A stretch of 60,000 nucleotides of DNA from Callorhinchus milii (lineage: Eukaryota). Below the pieces are notes generated by a model that worked only from the letters and a program-made list of their open reading frames with translations, was not told the origin of the DNA and ran no database searches. Every line of letters begins with the position of its first letter. Within the stretch, counting starts at the first letter, position 1. Where the stretch lies: positions 110,362,001-110,422,000 of the forward strand of contig NW_024704742.1 of the NCBI RefSeq assembly GCF_018977255.1. Direction: 5' to 3'. Positions 11,941 to 25,900 of this stretch are shown piece after piece. The translations under genes were made by a program, and so were the position numbers.

Positions 11941-13532
11941 GTTGTGAGGTTTCCCATAGTCAAATAGCCTAACTGACTTGTAGCATACCACAACAGAATG
12001 GAGGCCTGACAGAAACCATTTAGACTACAGACCACTCTAGGAAAAATCTGAAATCGTTCTACTGCACTTTGGAAAATGGATAGCCATGGATGTTGAGCAT
12101 GCTTTGGTTTGGAAAGGACAATACAAACAACACATTAAATGATCTGTTTACAGTCACAGATACTTTACACCTGGTGCACAAAATGAAAAGTTACCTCCTG
12201 CCCCAAGGACATTGCTTTGGAATCATAAGACAATAGCACTGCATGAACATTTGTTTTTGCAACAGAAGCTGCTGGTCCTAAGTGGATTGTAAATGTGAAA
12301 GAGCAACTGCTGCACAGAACACTGGTATAGCTTCTTTATGTGGCCCTATCTCAAACCAATTTACAAGTGATCTGTTCGAGAAACCAGAAATCAATTTCAT
12401 TGTGCCTTAAAATGATGATATTTCTGGGAGTAATTTCTCTGAAATGAGGTTCGCAGAGTATTCAATTGAATGGAAGTTACATGTTATAATTTCACATATT
12501 ATTATACTGCATGTAACTTACAAATTACATTTACATTAAACACTTATAAATCTAGAGTTTTACAATTAATGGCATCTGTGAAAAGGACAGAGTGTCATGT
12601 TCTGCCACTTCTGTTCCCTACATAAGACATGTATTATCATTCTTTACTGAATTGATAAACAAAATGAGTTGCTAATCTCATAATTACAGTTTTAAACCTT
12701 ATCAAAAACAATTGAGGCATGACTGTCTATTATTTTTTATATGTAGCTGACTGAGAAAGCTTAATTTTCCAATTTTGTTTTACTTAGAATGTTTTACCGC
12801 TACATAAAATATAGTGTATAAGGTACAGAGGATGAAATTTCCAATTGATTAAAACATATAGTTTCTCTATTTTTACTTTTCTCTCTCACTCTCACACACA
12901 CACAAGAAACAACACAATGTCACCGAATGTTTAATGGTACACAACAAACTTTTACGGTCTGGGATCGTCTGACATCCATCCTCACACACAACTTACTCTG
13001 ATAATTCCGGACATCTCAACAAACACTTGAAATGCTACCAAACTGCCACTTCAGATGATTTACGATGTCATTAATGTCAAGCTATCAGTGGACAAGAGCA
13101 GAAGAGACAACAGGAAAGCTGAGTAAAAACAAATAGTTTTGATTAAATTCAAGGACATTCAGTACAGCTTTCAGCAAAAAGCATTTATCATCCAAAAGCA
13201 GTCCCTGCTTTTATCCCAGATGTATTCTACAGTACTCTGATTTTTCTACACAGCTGCTACCAATGCCGAGTTCTTAAAGGAAGCAGACTATGGCTGTTAT
13301 TAATACATCCCTCTCAATCCCAGAAGTACATTTGTTCTTCTTGTTGATGTGAACATTGAGCAGTTTTCAGTTTCTTCAAAGACTTTTCTTACCTGTCTTT
13401 GTTCCTGATAAATTTACAACATGCCCATTTAAAGCTTTTATATTAGAGGAGACTACAATACATGGTACATGATCCTGGTCCACTCATAAAGACCACTGAG
13501 ACCATACAGTACAGTATGTTTTACTTGCTGCA

Positions 13533-13740
13533 AATAATAATAATCCTTGCCTAAAATGAATTGACTGTATATTTTGTGGATGAAACAACAACTTGCACTT
13601 ATACAGTGCCCTCCACGCAGGATAGTATCTCAGAGCGCTTAATAATAATTCTTGTATTTCATATAATGCCTCATCATGTCTTTTCGATGTCTCAAAGCAT
13701 TTCACAGAATATGAATTGACTGTATATTTTGTGCATGAAA
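13533..13740 (-). mobile_element. Stack of three 3' tails (SINE tail, L2 tail, SINE tail)
   Basis: aataataatccttgc..aattgactgtatattttgtg occurs twice, with aacaacaacttgcacttatacagtgcc between. Confidence 0.7.
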
Positions 13741-14244
13741 CAATAACAAGCTTTTGGAGTCTTGAAGACCCTGACTTCAAGCGATCTATCACTTAAAGAT
13801 ACAATTGTACACACTAAAAGATTATATTATTTATATTATGGTACCTAACATTTATTTCATGATAATCTGTTGTTTACCTTGGACCTTGGGACATCCTCCC
13901 AACGTGAAAGGCGCTATACAAATGTAATCCTGTTGTTGTGTTAACCTTGCCTGTGAGGGTACCATTGTACAGTGTCAGTCACATAATGCCAATTGCCTTG
14001 GTAGATGATGTAGATGATTTATCCACTTTCCTCTTTTTTTTGACTCCAAAACATTCAGATCACTATTGGATGGTAAGAAAAATCAAAAAAAAAATTGTTA
14101 CTGAATGTTATAAAAGGTAACAAATGTCTGGCAATGAGTTTAAGGCAGTAATTCAATCTTTTGAATTTTCTCAAGGCTCATGACATCATCAGAGTTAATT
14201 GAATTAAAGCTTTATAACTGACTGCCTTAAAGGCGAAAACTGAT

Positions 14245-14580
14245 CGTGACCTGCTGACTCCCTACCAACCTGCCCGCTCCCTCCATTCATCGGACTTCGA
14301 CATGCTCCATGTCTCCCGCCCGACCCACCCTACCATCGGTGTTCGGGCTTTCAGCCTCTCTGCCCCCACACTCCATCCCACGGTCCCTTCGCCTCACTTC
14401 CTCTCTTGCCTCCTTCTTTTCTCTTCGACCGTGCCTTTGGTCTCCCTCCCACCTCTTTGCCTTTCCTCACCCCTACACTAGCCTTCCTCCATTCTCGGGC
14501 CCCAACACCTGACTGTTCAGTGTTTTGGGAAGTCCTCCCGAAGTGAAAGGCGCTCTATAAATGTCATTTTGTTGTTGTTG
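14245..14580 (+). mobile_element. L2 LINE 3' end
   Basis: cgcccgacccaccctaccatcggt..gtgaaaggcgctctataaatgtcattttgttgttgttg. Confidence 0.9.
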
Positions 14581-14984
14581 ATCGGGCGTCACTGTCATGC
14601 CTCCTTCCCATGTTGGCTGAATGGTTTGTTGTCATTCAAAAACTAAGCCTACAGTTGAAGAATGTCTTCTTGAGTGATGCAAATATACAGTAACCAGCAC
14701 TTGTGAAATCATGCCCTAATGTATAAGTCTCTTAAATTGGGTAGGAAGGAGGAAAAAGTCTATTCTATTTGAAAAACAGTTGGAATTTCACATGCATGGG
14801 GTTCCACGCACATAAGAACATATGACATGTTCGTAGGCTCTCTGTGGACTTTCTAATGCAACTGTACTTACTCTTCATTTAGCACCGACTGGAAACACTG
14901 TATCAAATTGGTATTGAAAATACAGCATAAATCGGATCCTTGACACGTGATCTAAAATCAATTTATGTTAGGAATTGCTCTTGT

Positions 14985-15525
14985 GGGGAGAGGTAAGCGG
15001 GGATGAGGATGAGCTCTGAGATGATGCACTTGACATTAGAATGTGGGAATCGAGTCAATCCTTTGTGGTGGTCTTAGTAGACCAGTTCCTGAGCCAGATG
15101 GGTCCACAGTACTTTAAGCTACTGCTGATGACAGAACAGCTTGGCTTGTCAGCAGGATTTGGAGGAGTGGCCCGGTCACCTGGAGCAGAGACTGTTCCAC
15201 TCAGTTTCTGTTAACCCTTCAAGCCAAAGCCCTAACACATAAGATGTCCTACTTGAACAAGCAGAGGGAAGCTTATCTTCAGTGCTCTCGACGACAAATT
15301 GATAGTTAAACCCCAATAGTTACCCAACTAGGGTTGCAAGCCTTGGTTTTCACTAACCTGTGTCTAATACTTTCCAGAATTTGGTAAGTGTGTGCATTCT
15401 TCCAGGGAGAGAGTGCACGATCCATTCAAGACATAGGTAAATTTCAAAGTGTACGTACTCTAGTTTGGATACTCTTAAGCATGGTGATGGGATTCTGCAT
15501 GTGTCAGACATACAGCTGACCAAAA
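14985..15525 (+). mobile_element. 3' portion of old RTE/RTEX-like LINE (same family as 57730-59859)
   Basis: ccagttcctgagccagatgggtccacagtact, caaagccctaa and ttctgcatgtgtcagaca..gctgacc(A-rich) are shared with 59570-59860 and rc of 57730-57960. Confidence 0.75.
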
Positions 15526-16399
15526 AAAATTAAATAATTCTCTGTCGAAACCCAAATTGAGAAGGTGGCTTCAGGTTAAATGTGACTCACTCTGGTGCAG
15601 CATTGCATTAAAGTAAGCAATGCAAATCAAACTCCAAATCTCTGTGGTCAGTCAGCCCGTCAGTCTGTCACAAATGGCTACAAAGACTTTACAGATTTAA
15701 AATAAAAGTAAAATTGTAAATCCTGTTTTTAAAATTAAGTCAATACTCAATTTTAACCAAATAACTTATACGTGTTAAATTAAATTATACATTTTTTTTC
15801 TCCATGTGTTACATTTGCAAAATAAGCAGAATGACAGAGCAGACTGACAAGCCATGCTGTTACAAATAGTGTGGTCTGAGCTGCAGATTGAGTGGAGCTG
15901 TGTGGAGATGCACAGTATGTGGTACAATGTTTCTGGACCTGCACTTTCTCCTACCTGTGTGTTACAGTGCGTAAATGATGAAATTCTTGGAGTGCGCTTG
16001 TGCTCTTGCCTTAGCATTACCTGGCAGTGTGTTATAATGCTCAGTGCCAAAGGTTCAGTCTGTTAACTGCAGAGCTTTTTGCACCATCATAAATCCAGTC
16101 ACTGCCTGACATACTGTTCAGACGGCTCAAAAACATCTGGGACATACATCCCGGGTTTGCTTTGGCATTTTGTAATTCTAAGCGTCTAACCAAACGTTCC
16201 TGTAAAAATATGGTTTCCTACTGGTGCTGAAACTGACAAATGAGTCTCCGTACATTGCTGGGGAAGTGATCGGTGAGTGGAGCTTTGATTCATAGGAAAA
16301 CACTGGTGGTCCATTTCAGTTGCTCACCCTCTTCTCTTTAGAGACATTGGTACGGAAAGATCATTACTCTTGGTAAAATCTGCCTTGCATGTATAACTA

Positions 16400-16598
16400 C
16401 AGGGAGACCCCATTATAATGTGGGATTTTAGATACATTCAATTAGACCATGCACTAAAATGGGTCTGCACTTCTGGGTTGACATACTGGCCCAGAAGCTG
16501 GAAGTGTACAGCAGTTCTGGTAACTGAAGGTCCACATTAAATTCATGCTATAAGCAGACTTGTGCTCCAGCAAGGTGCATTATAACGGGGTCGCACTG
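16400..16598. mobile_element. Tc1/mariner (Tigger/pogo-like) MITE
   Basis: TIRs cagggagaccccattataatg and rc cagtgcgaccccgttataatg; TA on the left flank, not preserved on the right. Confidence 0.7.
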
Positions 16599-16689
16599 AG
16601 AAGTATATGTAAATTCCATCCACTCTCTGCGTGTTTTGCTCCTTGGTGGAGCAGAAAAATATGGCTGTAAATGAGGGAGCATTTGATGG

Positions 16690-16875
16690 GGATTGGATTC
16701 TTAATGTCCACCTGAATTTGACCTCATTTTGACAGCTTATGTGGAAGGCCAGCACCTCTGACAACATAGCGCTACCCTAGCACTGCACTATGAGGTCAAC
16801 CTGGACTGTAAGTTCAAGTCCAGATGTGAAGCTTTGAATCCACAACCTTGTTACTGACTGGGGAAAACTGGCACC
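16690..16875 (-). mobile_element. Deu-domain SINE, head and core
   Basis: atgtccacctgaa..cagcacctctgacaac..cactgcact..ttcaagtc..ttgaatccacaacctt is rc of the family. Confidence 0.65.
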
Positions 16876-16944
16876 CATGAATACAGTAAAGCTGTGATTC
16901 TGCACCACGAGCACTACAACAGCCATTGGGCATAGCCAGAAACA

Positions 16945-17347
16945 AAGTTATGAAGATATTGGCTTTATGTCCAGAGGAATAGGGTAGAAAAGTAGGGAAG
17001 TAATGTTAAATTTATATAAAACCTTAGTTAGATCACATTTGTATTATTGTGTGCACTTCTGGTCACAATATGATAAGGATATTATAGCATTGGAGAGAGT
17101 GCAGTGTAGATTTATTAGATTTTTTCAGGGATAAGTGGATAAAGCTATCAAGAAAGATTGGGCAGTTTAGAGCTTTTCACTCTGAAGATGAGATATTTGA
17201 AAGGGACCTGATAGAGGTGTTCGGTTTGTACTTGTTGGTTAGTCTGGTGGGGGGTGAGGAGCCTGTGTGGAATATAACCACTAGCATGGACTATTGGGCC
17301 AAATGGCTTGTTTCCATACTGTAACTTTAAATGTAATTCTATGTAAC
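16945..17347 (+). mobile_element. CR1 LINE 3' fragment (old)
   Basis: Encodes SREVMLNLYKTLVRSHL..CVHFWS and LERVQ.RF; ends gggccaaatggcttgttt..aattctatgtaa. Confidence 0.85.
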
Positions 17348-17549
17348 ATAAAATTAATTGGAAGTTGTGTGCGTGGGCATTGTGTGAGGACAAATTCAGG
17401 CTTGTCTTTCTTTCCTCTCTCCTCTCCTGAGCTGAATAGCTTGTTCACACTTACTGAACTTCACTGAAAGCCGGCCACTGAAGTGAGGGACTGAAGGCCA
17501 CCCCATAAAATCATACCAGTGCCTTTAAGATGGGAGAAAATGAGAGATT

Positions 17550-17725
17550 TCCTAAATCTGTGTGTAACCTCGGTATCAGGTTCGTTCCCCAGCTATCCTT
17601 TGTACTTCACATCTGGTCCCTGACCAGGACCACTTTCCTCCACCTTGGTCACATTGCCCGCTTCCGATTGTACCTCACGCCCAATGTGGCCGAAACCCTC
17701 ACTCACGCTTTCGTCACCTCCCTAC
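17550..17725 (+). mobile_element. L2 LINE internal fragment
   Basis: Encodes NLGIRF..LSF..HI..HL.HIAR.R.YLT..AETLTHAFVTS. Confidence 0.75.
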
Positions 17726-20679
17726 TCTCCGACCTGCGTATTTCCCACTCCACTATCTGCACAAAACTGGCTTCTCTGTCCTGTACAGGTGGCTCAGCCG
17801 TCCGTGACCAGCAAAGATATACGAGGCTCAGTTCCTGACGGCATCACTTAATTAAAAAAACACATTTGCCAACTCGGAGGAATTCAGCTTTGACACTATT
17901 TGCTTTAGAGCATTGGTCAGCATTGGTCATGTACTAAGCACATGATGTGCCACCAGTAGCTGAATGGGGCCCCACTTGGATTTCTTAATTGAGCAATCTG
18001 GAATTGTTGTATATTAGAGCCTAACGGTCAGGGGTGTCAGTATTCCAGAGGCACTAGAGAGAACAATTTCTTTGTTGGTATTGAAATCTCTGGACAGAGC
18101 AGCGCTTCTTCATTTATTGTCCAGAGTTATCACTAAAACTGAAGCTGCCATTGCCAACTGTGGAATGCAGCAAGAGTGTGCCAGTGGGTATGTTGTAGAT
18201 GTGAGCGTGTGACACAGAGGTGTGTGTGTGACACATCAAGGTGCAGGAGTCCTGCTAGTTTCTGAGCAACCAAGACATCTCTTCAGCCAGGCATTGAAAG
18301 CTAGCCTACAAGAGTGAGCTAGAATTGTTTGATGCAGTGTAACATCAGCATTAGTAGCGAGATGGCAGAGAATAGCATCCATTTGCTCTACTGCCCTCAG
18401 ACATCAATCACCCCAAGGCACTACCTTCTGAAAGTGAGATGTAGGCAACGGTCAGAACTATTTGATGTCACGTGTCTGTGCTTCAGCAAGAAACATTTAA
18501 GTTTCTAGTCTGCAGTGCAATAAACATTTAATAGAACAGAGGATTAAAATAACTGAACTTTAAAGACTAAGGGCAGATTTCTACTGCAAGGCACTGCAGG
18601 TGGCCTGAGCTTCCAACTCATTCAAAGCTTGCAAACCCTCAGAACCACACTACTTGCATTTTCTCTTCTTCTATCACACAACCTTTCCATACCGTAAAGA
18701 ACAACCTTGTCTGTGATTTTCTAACAACAACACGTCATGCGTCCATCTCTCCATATCACAGTAGCCCTTATTGTCATTAATCAATGATTAGTGAGTATAG
18801 AAATGCACGTCCAAAAATAATCACAACAGCCAGCCTTTGACCTATTTATGAAATATTGTAGGAACCCTGTAAGCACTGCATTTTTGAGCAATCTACAGCC
18901 TACAGCTGTGAAGAAATAATATGGAACATTGTGTCTATGGGAACACAGCAGATGTTGCATTGTTAAAACCCATATTGTTGAAGAGAGAAAGGGACAAGTA
19001 CATGGCAGAATTTCTACACCAAACAAAATAGCCTGTTCCTTAACACCTCCACTTCTCCAATTTCAATCTGTCGGTAGTTTTCAAATCAAAATAAATTATC
19101 AAAATATCAAAATTTTGGAGTTTCAAAATTCTGCAACATATTAGGTGAAGTATGAATAATAATCTAAATTATTATAAATGGATAATGGTATAATACGAGA
19201 TGAGGTAAGATTAATAATAATAATTCTGCTGTGATAATGGCAAATTCTCTGTAAGAAAGCTCACTGATGACAGCAGGAGAGTAATTTGTGATATTTTTAA
19301 TGAGATTGCTTAAGGAATCCAAGTTGTACAAAGAGGGTCTCCTTAGGGTAATCGGAAGGAAGTATGTCACGCTGACCTTCAGGAACTTCACTCCAAAACA
19401 AATTGCTTCTGGAACTAAGTCCGAAAAATTCTCCCACAAAAGGCAAGGACTTAATGTGGCTCTAAATTGGCAAAGTCAATCACAGGGAAATAGGGTGGGT
19501 GGTGTGGGAAACACAAAATGTTACAGTGCAGGGGTGAGGATTGGGAAGGGGATGAGACAGAGTTGAGGTAACTTTATTATGAATCTAGATGTGCCACACC
19601 TGAACCAGGAGCACTTGGTGCTGTCACTGTCACCCCAAAATAGGAGAATGTTCCATTTCCCTGCACTAACATCCTTCACTTTGACGAGCACAAATTTCAT
19701 CCTCAAAAAAGGCAAATAAAAACGTGTGAAAGTGAAGTCAGATTGGTAGAGACCCATATGACGTGGGAACAACACAGGGTTGCTAGCTGTGATGGGTCAC
19801 AGGCATTTACTGCCAGGTTTGTGCCATCTATTTTTATCATGAGTAAAAAAAAACTGAGGCTGTGGTTGTGGTAAAGCATGTGCATGAGAACATTGCGGTG
19901 TTATCCTTGGAGAATAATAAGCAGATACTTGGAACGTAAAATGTAGCATAGTTTACAGAAAATAATCCAAACATCTGTTTTAATGACATGGACTTTTAAG
20001 TGGATGAAAAGTACATGGGAAAACGATGTTGATTCTGTAACTTTATAACGTTTTATCAAAGACCAGCGCGCTGTGGCACAGAGCAGCTTACTGCTAATAT
20101 AAACAGTTTTCTCAATGTTTCTGGGCCATGTGCCAAATCCCAGGCTGCACTTACGAGAACTGGGTCAAGAAGAAAGCAAATATATATATATATATATGAT
20201 ATGATATGACAATGAAATTTTAATGGACAATTACAGCGAAATATAACAGAAAAGGCGCACACTTAACTAGTGAGGTGCTTAAATATTAAATATGTATTAA
20301 ATTATTTCACCTTTAATGATAATCCACTGAACCTTTCTGAGGAAACATACAGGTTGTTTTATGCATTAACATCAATGTGTTATTTCTCCCCCTCCTTCCC
20401 AAGTGGAATTATTGGTTCCCACTCATTCTAATTATAAAATTAAAGGAAATTAAAATGAGCGTCTGCGTCTGTTCCCACTCTGTGATTCCCCCTCTTAGGC
20501 AAACTGCCCCCCTCTTCAACAAGAGCTATTGGTTCCCAGTGATTCTAATTATAAAGGCAAGATTATTTTTGTTTCAGCTAATTTTGGCAGTATACAACGT
20601 AAGGAGAAATCAAAATAAATATGAACCTCTTTCCAATAACTGTTTATTAGTCCGTAAAAATGAACAGTGAATTAGAAAG

Positions 20680-21260
20680 CATTGCATGAGAAAGGCATTT
20701 GATCCATTAAGTCTGCTCTTTTCCACACACCATTTATAATTTACTCTATTGTGGACTTCTGTGATGTTTACCCCACCTTATTTCCAGAAGGGCCATCGAT
20801 ATAAACACTCAGATCCTCTGAGGAAATCAACTGAAATGCCAGAATGTTCATCCATGCCACATTGTCACTATTAAAACCTTAACCTGCTTCGCTTCTCAAT
20901 GTAATATTGTTCCCCTCTCTCCTACACATTCACCCATCCACCTACACACATATCCACCCATCAGTAGGATGGAAACTGTTGCGTCCCAAGCATTTTATAC
21001 TCCTTTAATTCTTCAACTATCCTTCACAATTTAAAATCCTGTCAACCTGATAGTAACTAGCTTCTGTTTGAAGACTCTCATAGGCCTTGTCCTGCACTTG
21101 TACTCATTTAATTTGCTGAGGAATAGGAAATATAGTGCATATAAATGAATCACACAGATCATTCCATGACTGAAGTGAGAAAGAATTACTCGTTCTGTAT
21201 TCTGTTTAGTTGGGAATAGGATATCATAGATGGGGGAGTTAACACCAGCTAGCACCAGTC
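20680..21260 (-). mobile_element. Very old CR1-type LINE 3' fragment
   Basis: rc tail gaaaggcatttgatccattaagtctgctc, then CR1-like antisense phrases (tttaattcttcaactatccttcacaatttaaaat..gtcctgcacttgtactca). Confidence 0.5.
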
Positions 21261-21444
21261 TTTGTCTGTGTTATAAATGTTTATGATCTTTGGCAGAGGC
21301 TGAGGAACAGGTCCCTTGCCTGCCCTCCAGTCAAGGTATGACAAATATTTGACTTGAGAAGAGGGCAACTGAGAAATTATTTCTTACAGACCACAAAACA
21401 AACATTTTTACAAAGAATCAAACTGTAGCATTGGTTAAAAAACA

Positions 21445-21745
21445 ATTCCCGATGACTTAGTCAGTAAATCCTCGGTCCTGCATGAAAATGAGCTGGATGA
21501 TCTCAGATTTGATCCTTTTGATCTGTGCTGAGTTTGTTAATCTCATCTCGGAGCATCATTGTGTGTGTATGTGTGTGTGTGTTGGGGGTGGGGATCAGAG
21601 ATGGTTATAATTGATCTTGTCTACATTTCCCTTGGTTTGGGGAAGGGACGAAAGATCATCCAGCTTTCCCATTCCTGATCATTATCCTGAAACTCCTGAT
21701 GGACAGTGCACTCTTACAGACATGGGATGGGGTTCCACCTGGGTA
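21445..21745 (+). mobile_element. Ancient SINE-like repeat (unnamed family, copy 2)
   Basis: gatctgtgctgagtt.gttaatctca..ggggaagggacgaaagatcatccagctttcccattcctgatcattatcc. Confidence 0.55.
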
Positions 21746-22364
21746 TAGATTTATTCCATCAATGTGACATTTGAGAGCATCCAGAATTTGCCAAATTCTT
21801 AAATACAATTTTTAAATTTCATCCTGGGGCCCTGGTGCAGGAATAGGTTTGTGGCACCCTTCCCCTCTCTGAAATTTAAAATTTTCCTACCTTTACACAT
21901 CACGCGATCAGTAATGCAAAATGTAGGAAGTCGTCGGGAGAAAAGTGGAGTTTTTACCGAATTTTACCGGCACTTACCAACCCGCTTCAAGCTCAAGAGG
22001 CAGGTAAGTATTTCCAAAAGGGTTCAAATGTTATTTTGGGGTGTGGTGGTATATTTCTTCCCCCACAACATTTGACCGCCAATGGGTTGGGTCCTGTAAC
22101 CTCATGAGCCCTGACATAACTGAACCACTTGCACCAATCAATTTACAATGTTGTATTTACATTTAGTTACTTTTAAGTGTTACAGAAAACTTTCTTCAAA
22201 GTTAAAACTGAATTCAGCCAAATTCTCCAAATCTGATATGTTATGTTAATGAAGTAAATGTAGAACTGAATAGAATTCTACTCCCGGGGTTTGAGGTCAG
22301 GAACAAGCCTGTCTGTGAGAGTGGAGCCTGCATGCATTCATTGTGTCTAGGATCACACATGATC

Positions 22365-22612
22365 AATAATAGTAATAATAATCATTGCATTTGATATAGT
22401 GCCTTATCACATTGTCGAGACATCTCAAGGCGCTTCATAGGATATACTGTAAAGTGTTGTTACTGTGTGTATTTAGTGGGTGAATGAGGCAGCCAATTTA
22501 TGTACAAAAATGTCCCACAAACTGCCAAGGAGTGAATGACCAATTTTATCTGGGGGTTTGTTGGTCAGGACACTGGGAGAAACTCCCTGCTTTTTTCAAA
22601 TAGTGGCACCTT
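22365..22612 (-). mobile_element. Deu-domain SINE 3' half
   Basis: aataataatcattgcatttgatatag tail followed by ggtcaggacactgggagaaactccctgc..tcaaatagtg. Confidence 0.75.
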
Positions 22613-24529
22613 GGGTGAAGGTACCAGAAGGCAGCTGGTGTCCATGGCACCATATTCCAGGATAACCATGTCCCACACCTCTTTGAGGAGTGAAGGGAAG
22701 CAAATCGGTAAAAATATATCCTGCCCCACAGCCATTAAAAATTGTTCTGCTATAACGTCAGGTTGATGGAATTGTTTCTGATAAAGTCATTTCTTAATTA
22801 AAATCATAAAAGGTAAAGCATCACAGGATCAATGACAAGATGAAGTTTCAAAGCAAAAGTGATGGTTTGAAGGTTTAAGGATATGCAGTCAGTTTATGAT
22901 GCATGTGTGTGGTGCTTCTGTGAGGAGGTACATAACAAATGCATCTACAACTTCCTCACCTCTCATATTAATCACACAATAGCCAAACATTGATAGGACA
23001 CGTTTCATGAATTCAGATGCACATATGGGTATCTATATCTGTGACACTGACTAAGTGTTGCCAGTTTTGAAATAATAGAAGTGTCTTAAAATGTCTAAAT
23101 GTAATTTGTTATATAAACAAGGGACAAAAAATGCAGCAGTGAAGAATTTCCATAATGGAGAGGCACCATTTCCTATTAAATGTAAACTCTTCTGGAATGT
23201 CCCTCCACTGGGCTGGAATAGTTTGGGTCTCACAAAAAGAGATCGGAGAATTGCAATCTGGATATCTTTAGCACAGATCGAATTGGCAATGAATAATGAA
23301 ATGTTAACAATCAATCATATTTAATTTAATCCGAATATCTCTTAGTAATGTAGTCAGAGTTGCTTTAAAATGCTCTGCAATTTAAAACAGAAAGTCATAT
23401 AAACACATTCTTATTGAAAGTGCGATATACACCAGAGAAGATAGAAACTTACAATTAGCTGAAGCAAATAGCGAGACAAATAAATGCTTGGTAGTGCGTT
23501 ATGGCCTCAAACACACTATAAACTTTCCTTTATAATTCCCTGTTTCCCTTTAATCCCAGAGTCCTGATTTGAGCTATGCCATTATTATTTGTACCTTCTG
23601 TTAGAGCAGTATTTTTTGCTTACTGTCACCAAGTGTGGGCAGAACTGACATCTGGTTGTGCAGCAGAAGGGGATATTTTTATAAGATTATGACAATGTCA
23701 GCTGTCAAGTAAATATCACACAGTTTATGAAGGAAGGGCATTCCTGAATCCCATATTCTTTGCTGCTTTCATGTTCTGGCACCAATCCTGACGTATAACA
23801 GAATTAATCTTTTAATTTTGCATAGAATCGGCTCTGACCCTACTCTTACTAAATTACTCTAGACAATATATGATTTGTAGATCTCACTATCAACTGACCA
23901 GAAATACTGCCAGGAAAACAGCAGCCATAAACATCCAAACCTATCAGCTGGTGGTTTTAGTGAGAATTTGGGTCAAAAAAGTCATTTTACAAACCAGATT
24001 TCCTTATGTTAATTGCAACATTTGGGTTTGCCAACTTGGCAAGATACCAAATGAGAAAACCATAAATCCCCAGCCAGCAAAGTATGAAAAAATATGCCAA
24101 ATGTCCCTTTTATACTTTTAAAAATAAATGATAATCCTTGTATTTGATATATTCATGTAGGGAGAACATCTCAAACTGCTTCACAGGATTTACTGAAAAG
24201 AGTAGTGATTGTGAATTTTGTAAGTGAACATCCATAGTGTTGACAGAATTGCTTGTAAGGAATGATAATAAGGAAGACTGAGATGGGCCAAATGATTTAC
24301 ATTACATGGAGGACCTTGACAGAACTGGGAACAGTGTCAATTTGTGCAGAAGATGTTAACCCAGATCCCACTATTCCATAACATAGATTCCACTACTCGG
24401 CAGATGTAGAGCAAGAAGTCTGATGTATATTTTGCTTTGCTTACCTTTCTCTCTGGGACCTGAGGATACTGCACATGCACAACTAAAAATGTATAAAGCA
24501 TTGCAAACTGCCATTGGATTCCATGTAAT

Positions 24530-24960
24530 TACTGCTTTCCTTCTTGAATCACTGACCCATAGCTGAGGTGTGTTTGCATGGAACAGTTGCTCACTGCAAC
24601 CTCATCCAAGAACCCATTCTTTGTGAGTTATACTTTGCAGTGAATGTTGGCAGGTTAGATGGTGGGTAAGGAGGGAGGGGAAAGAGCCACCTCCCTATGT
24701 TCACAAGCCACCCGGATCAGTAACTATTAACCAGCAGAATTACATTCCCCTGATATCCACTTACACTCACCTCCAAGGTTTTCTAGAAAGAGATTAAGAG
24801 AAGAAAACCTGACAGATTTTCCCCATCCCTTAACCAGGGATGTTGAGGCCAAATGTCTTTCCACCAGCATCACTCCTAGAGATCAGCTAACTTCACATAG
24901 ACTGAAACTGAGCCAGAAAACAGTTTTTTAACAAAATTTCTGCATGAATCACCATATTAA
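24530..24960 (-). mobile_element. Ancient SINE-like repeat (unnamed family, copy 3)
   Basis: cagtgaatgttggcagg and gattttcccccatcccttaaccagggatgttgaggccaa..gagatcagctaact are rc of blocks in 11440-11790. Confidence 0.6.
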
Positions 24961-25349
24961 ACCAGGCGGAAAAATGTTTTTGTGCAGTTGAGAAATCTAC
25001 TAATTTAGTCAATGTTACAGGATGGATCCAATCTAAGCAGGAGTGTGCTAGAATGTCCCACCTCGACTAAAGCTTCTTGCCACTTGCAGAATTCATTCCT
25101 GCTCAAAATAGGTTTAAGAACCACACTGCCTACAAGGCACAGCAGAGAAAACATTTGTTCTCAGAAATATAATGTTACATTCATAATAAAATGAACTGTA
25201 CAACATTTTTATTCCTATTACAAACATTTAGCAGTAAACCAATGACTCTGTTATACACTGCCGAGTGCCAATATTCTATAATATAAAACATGTCAGTGCT
25301 TTTACATGACTGCACAATGTGGATGCCACATAGCAATATATTTAGCAAT

Positions 25350-25900
25350 TCAGACAGTAGTAGACCATCATTCCATTTAGCTACCCACTCAATTCCTGTA
25401 AAGTTCCATTAATGTGTGTAACACTAAATCTAATAACCTAGAATCCTTTCAGTTTGCAAGAACCTGTCTAGTTCCCTTTTGAAATCCTTTGCAGCTTCTT
25501 GGCTTCAATACCTGTGTTCGAAGTCTGTTCCACATGCTTTATTGCTGTTTACTTACATAATACCTCCTACATCCCTGTTCGCTATTTCTTTCTTTATTTT
25601 GAAGATATGAACACTTGTTCTTTAAATTTTGTACACAGATTAAAAACTTATCTGAATCCAAATTCTCCAAATCTTTTGCAATCTTAAATATTACTCTAAG
25701 TCTCTTTCTCAGTCTTCTTTATCTTTGTTCAGCCTCCACAGCGGTACAAGAGAGCTCCCTTTTGAGTCAGTATAGTCTGCCCTTTCATGTCCAGTGCCTG
25801 GTTACACAGAGCCCTTGACAGATCTAGTAGCAGGGTCAAGATGTGCAGACGAAAGTTGTTAACTCAGAACCCGCTGTTCAATAATACAGTATGTTGGAAG
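25350..25900 (-). mobile_element. Very old CR1-type LINE 3' fragment
   Basis: ctgtctagttcccttttgaaatcc..cttcaatacc..gtctgttccacatg are typical CR1 antisense 3' phrases. Confidence 0.5.
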
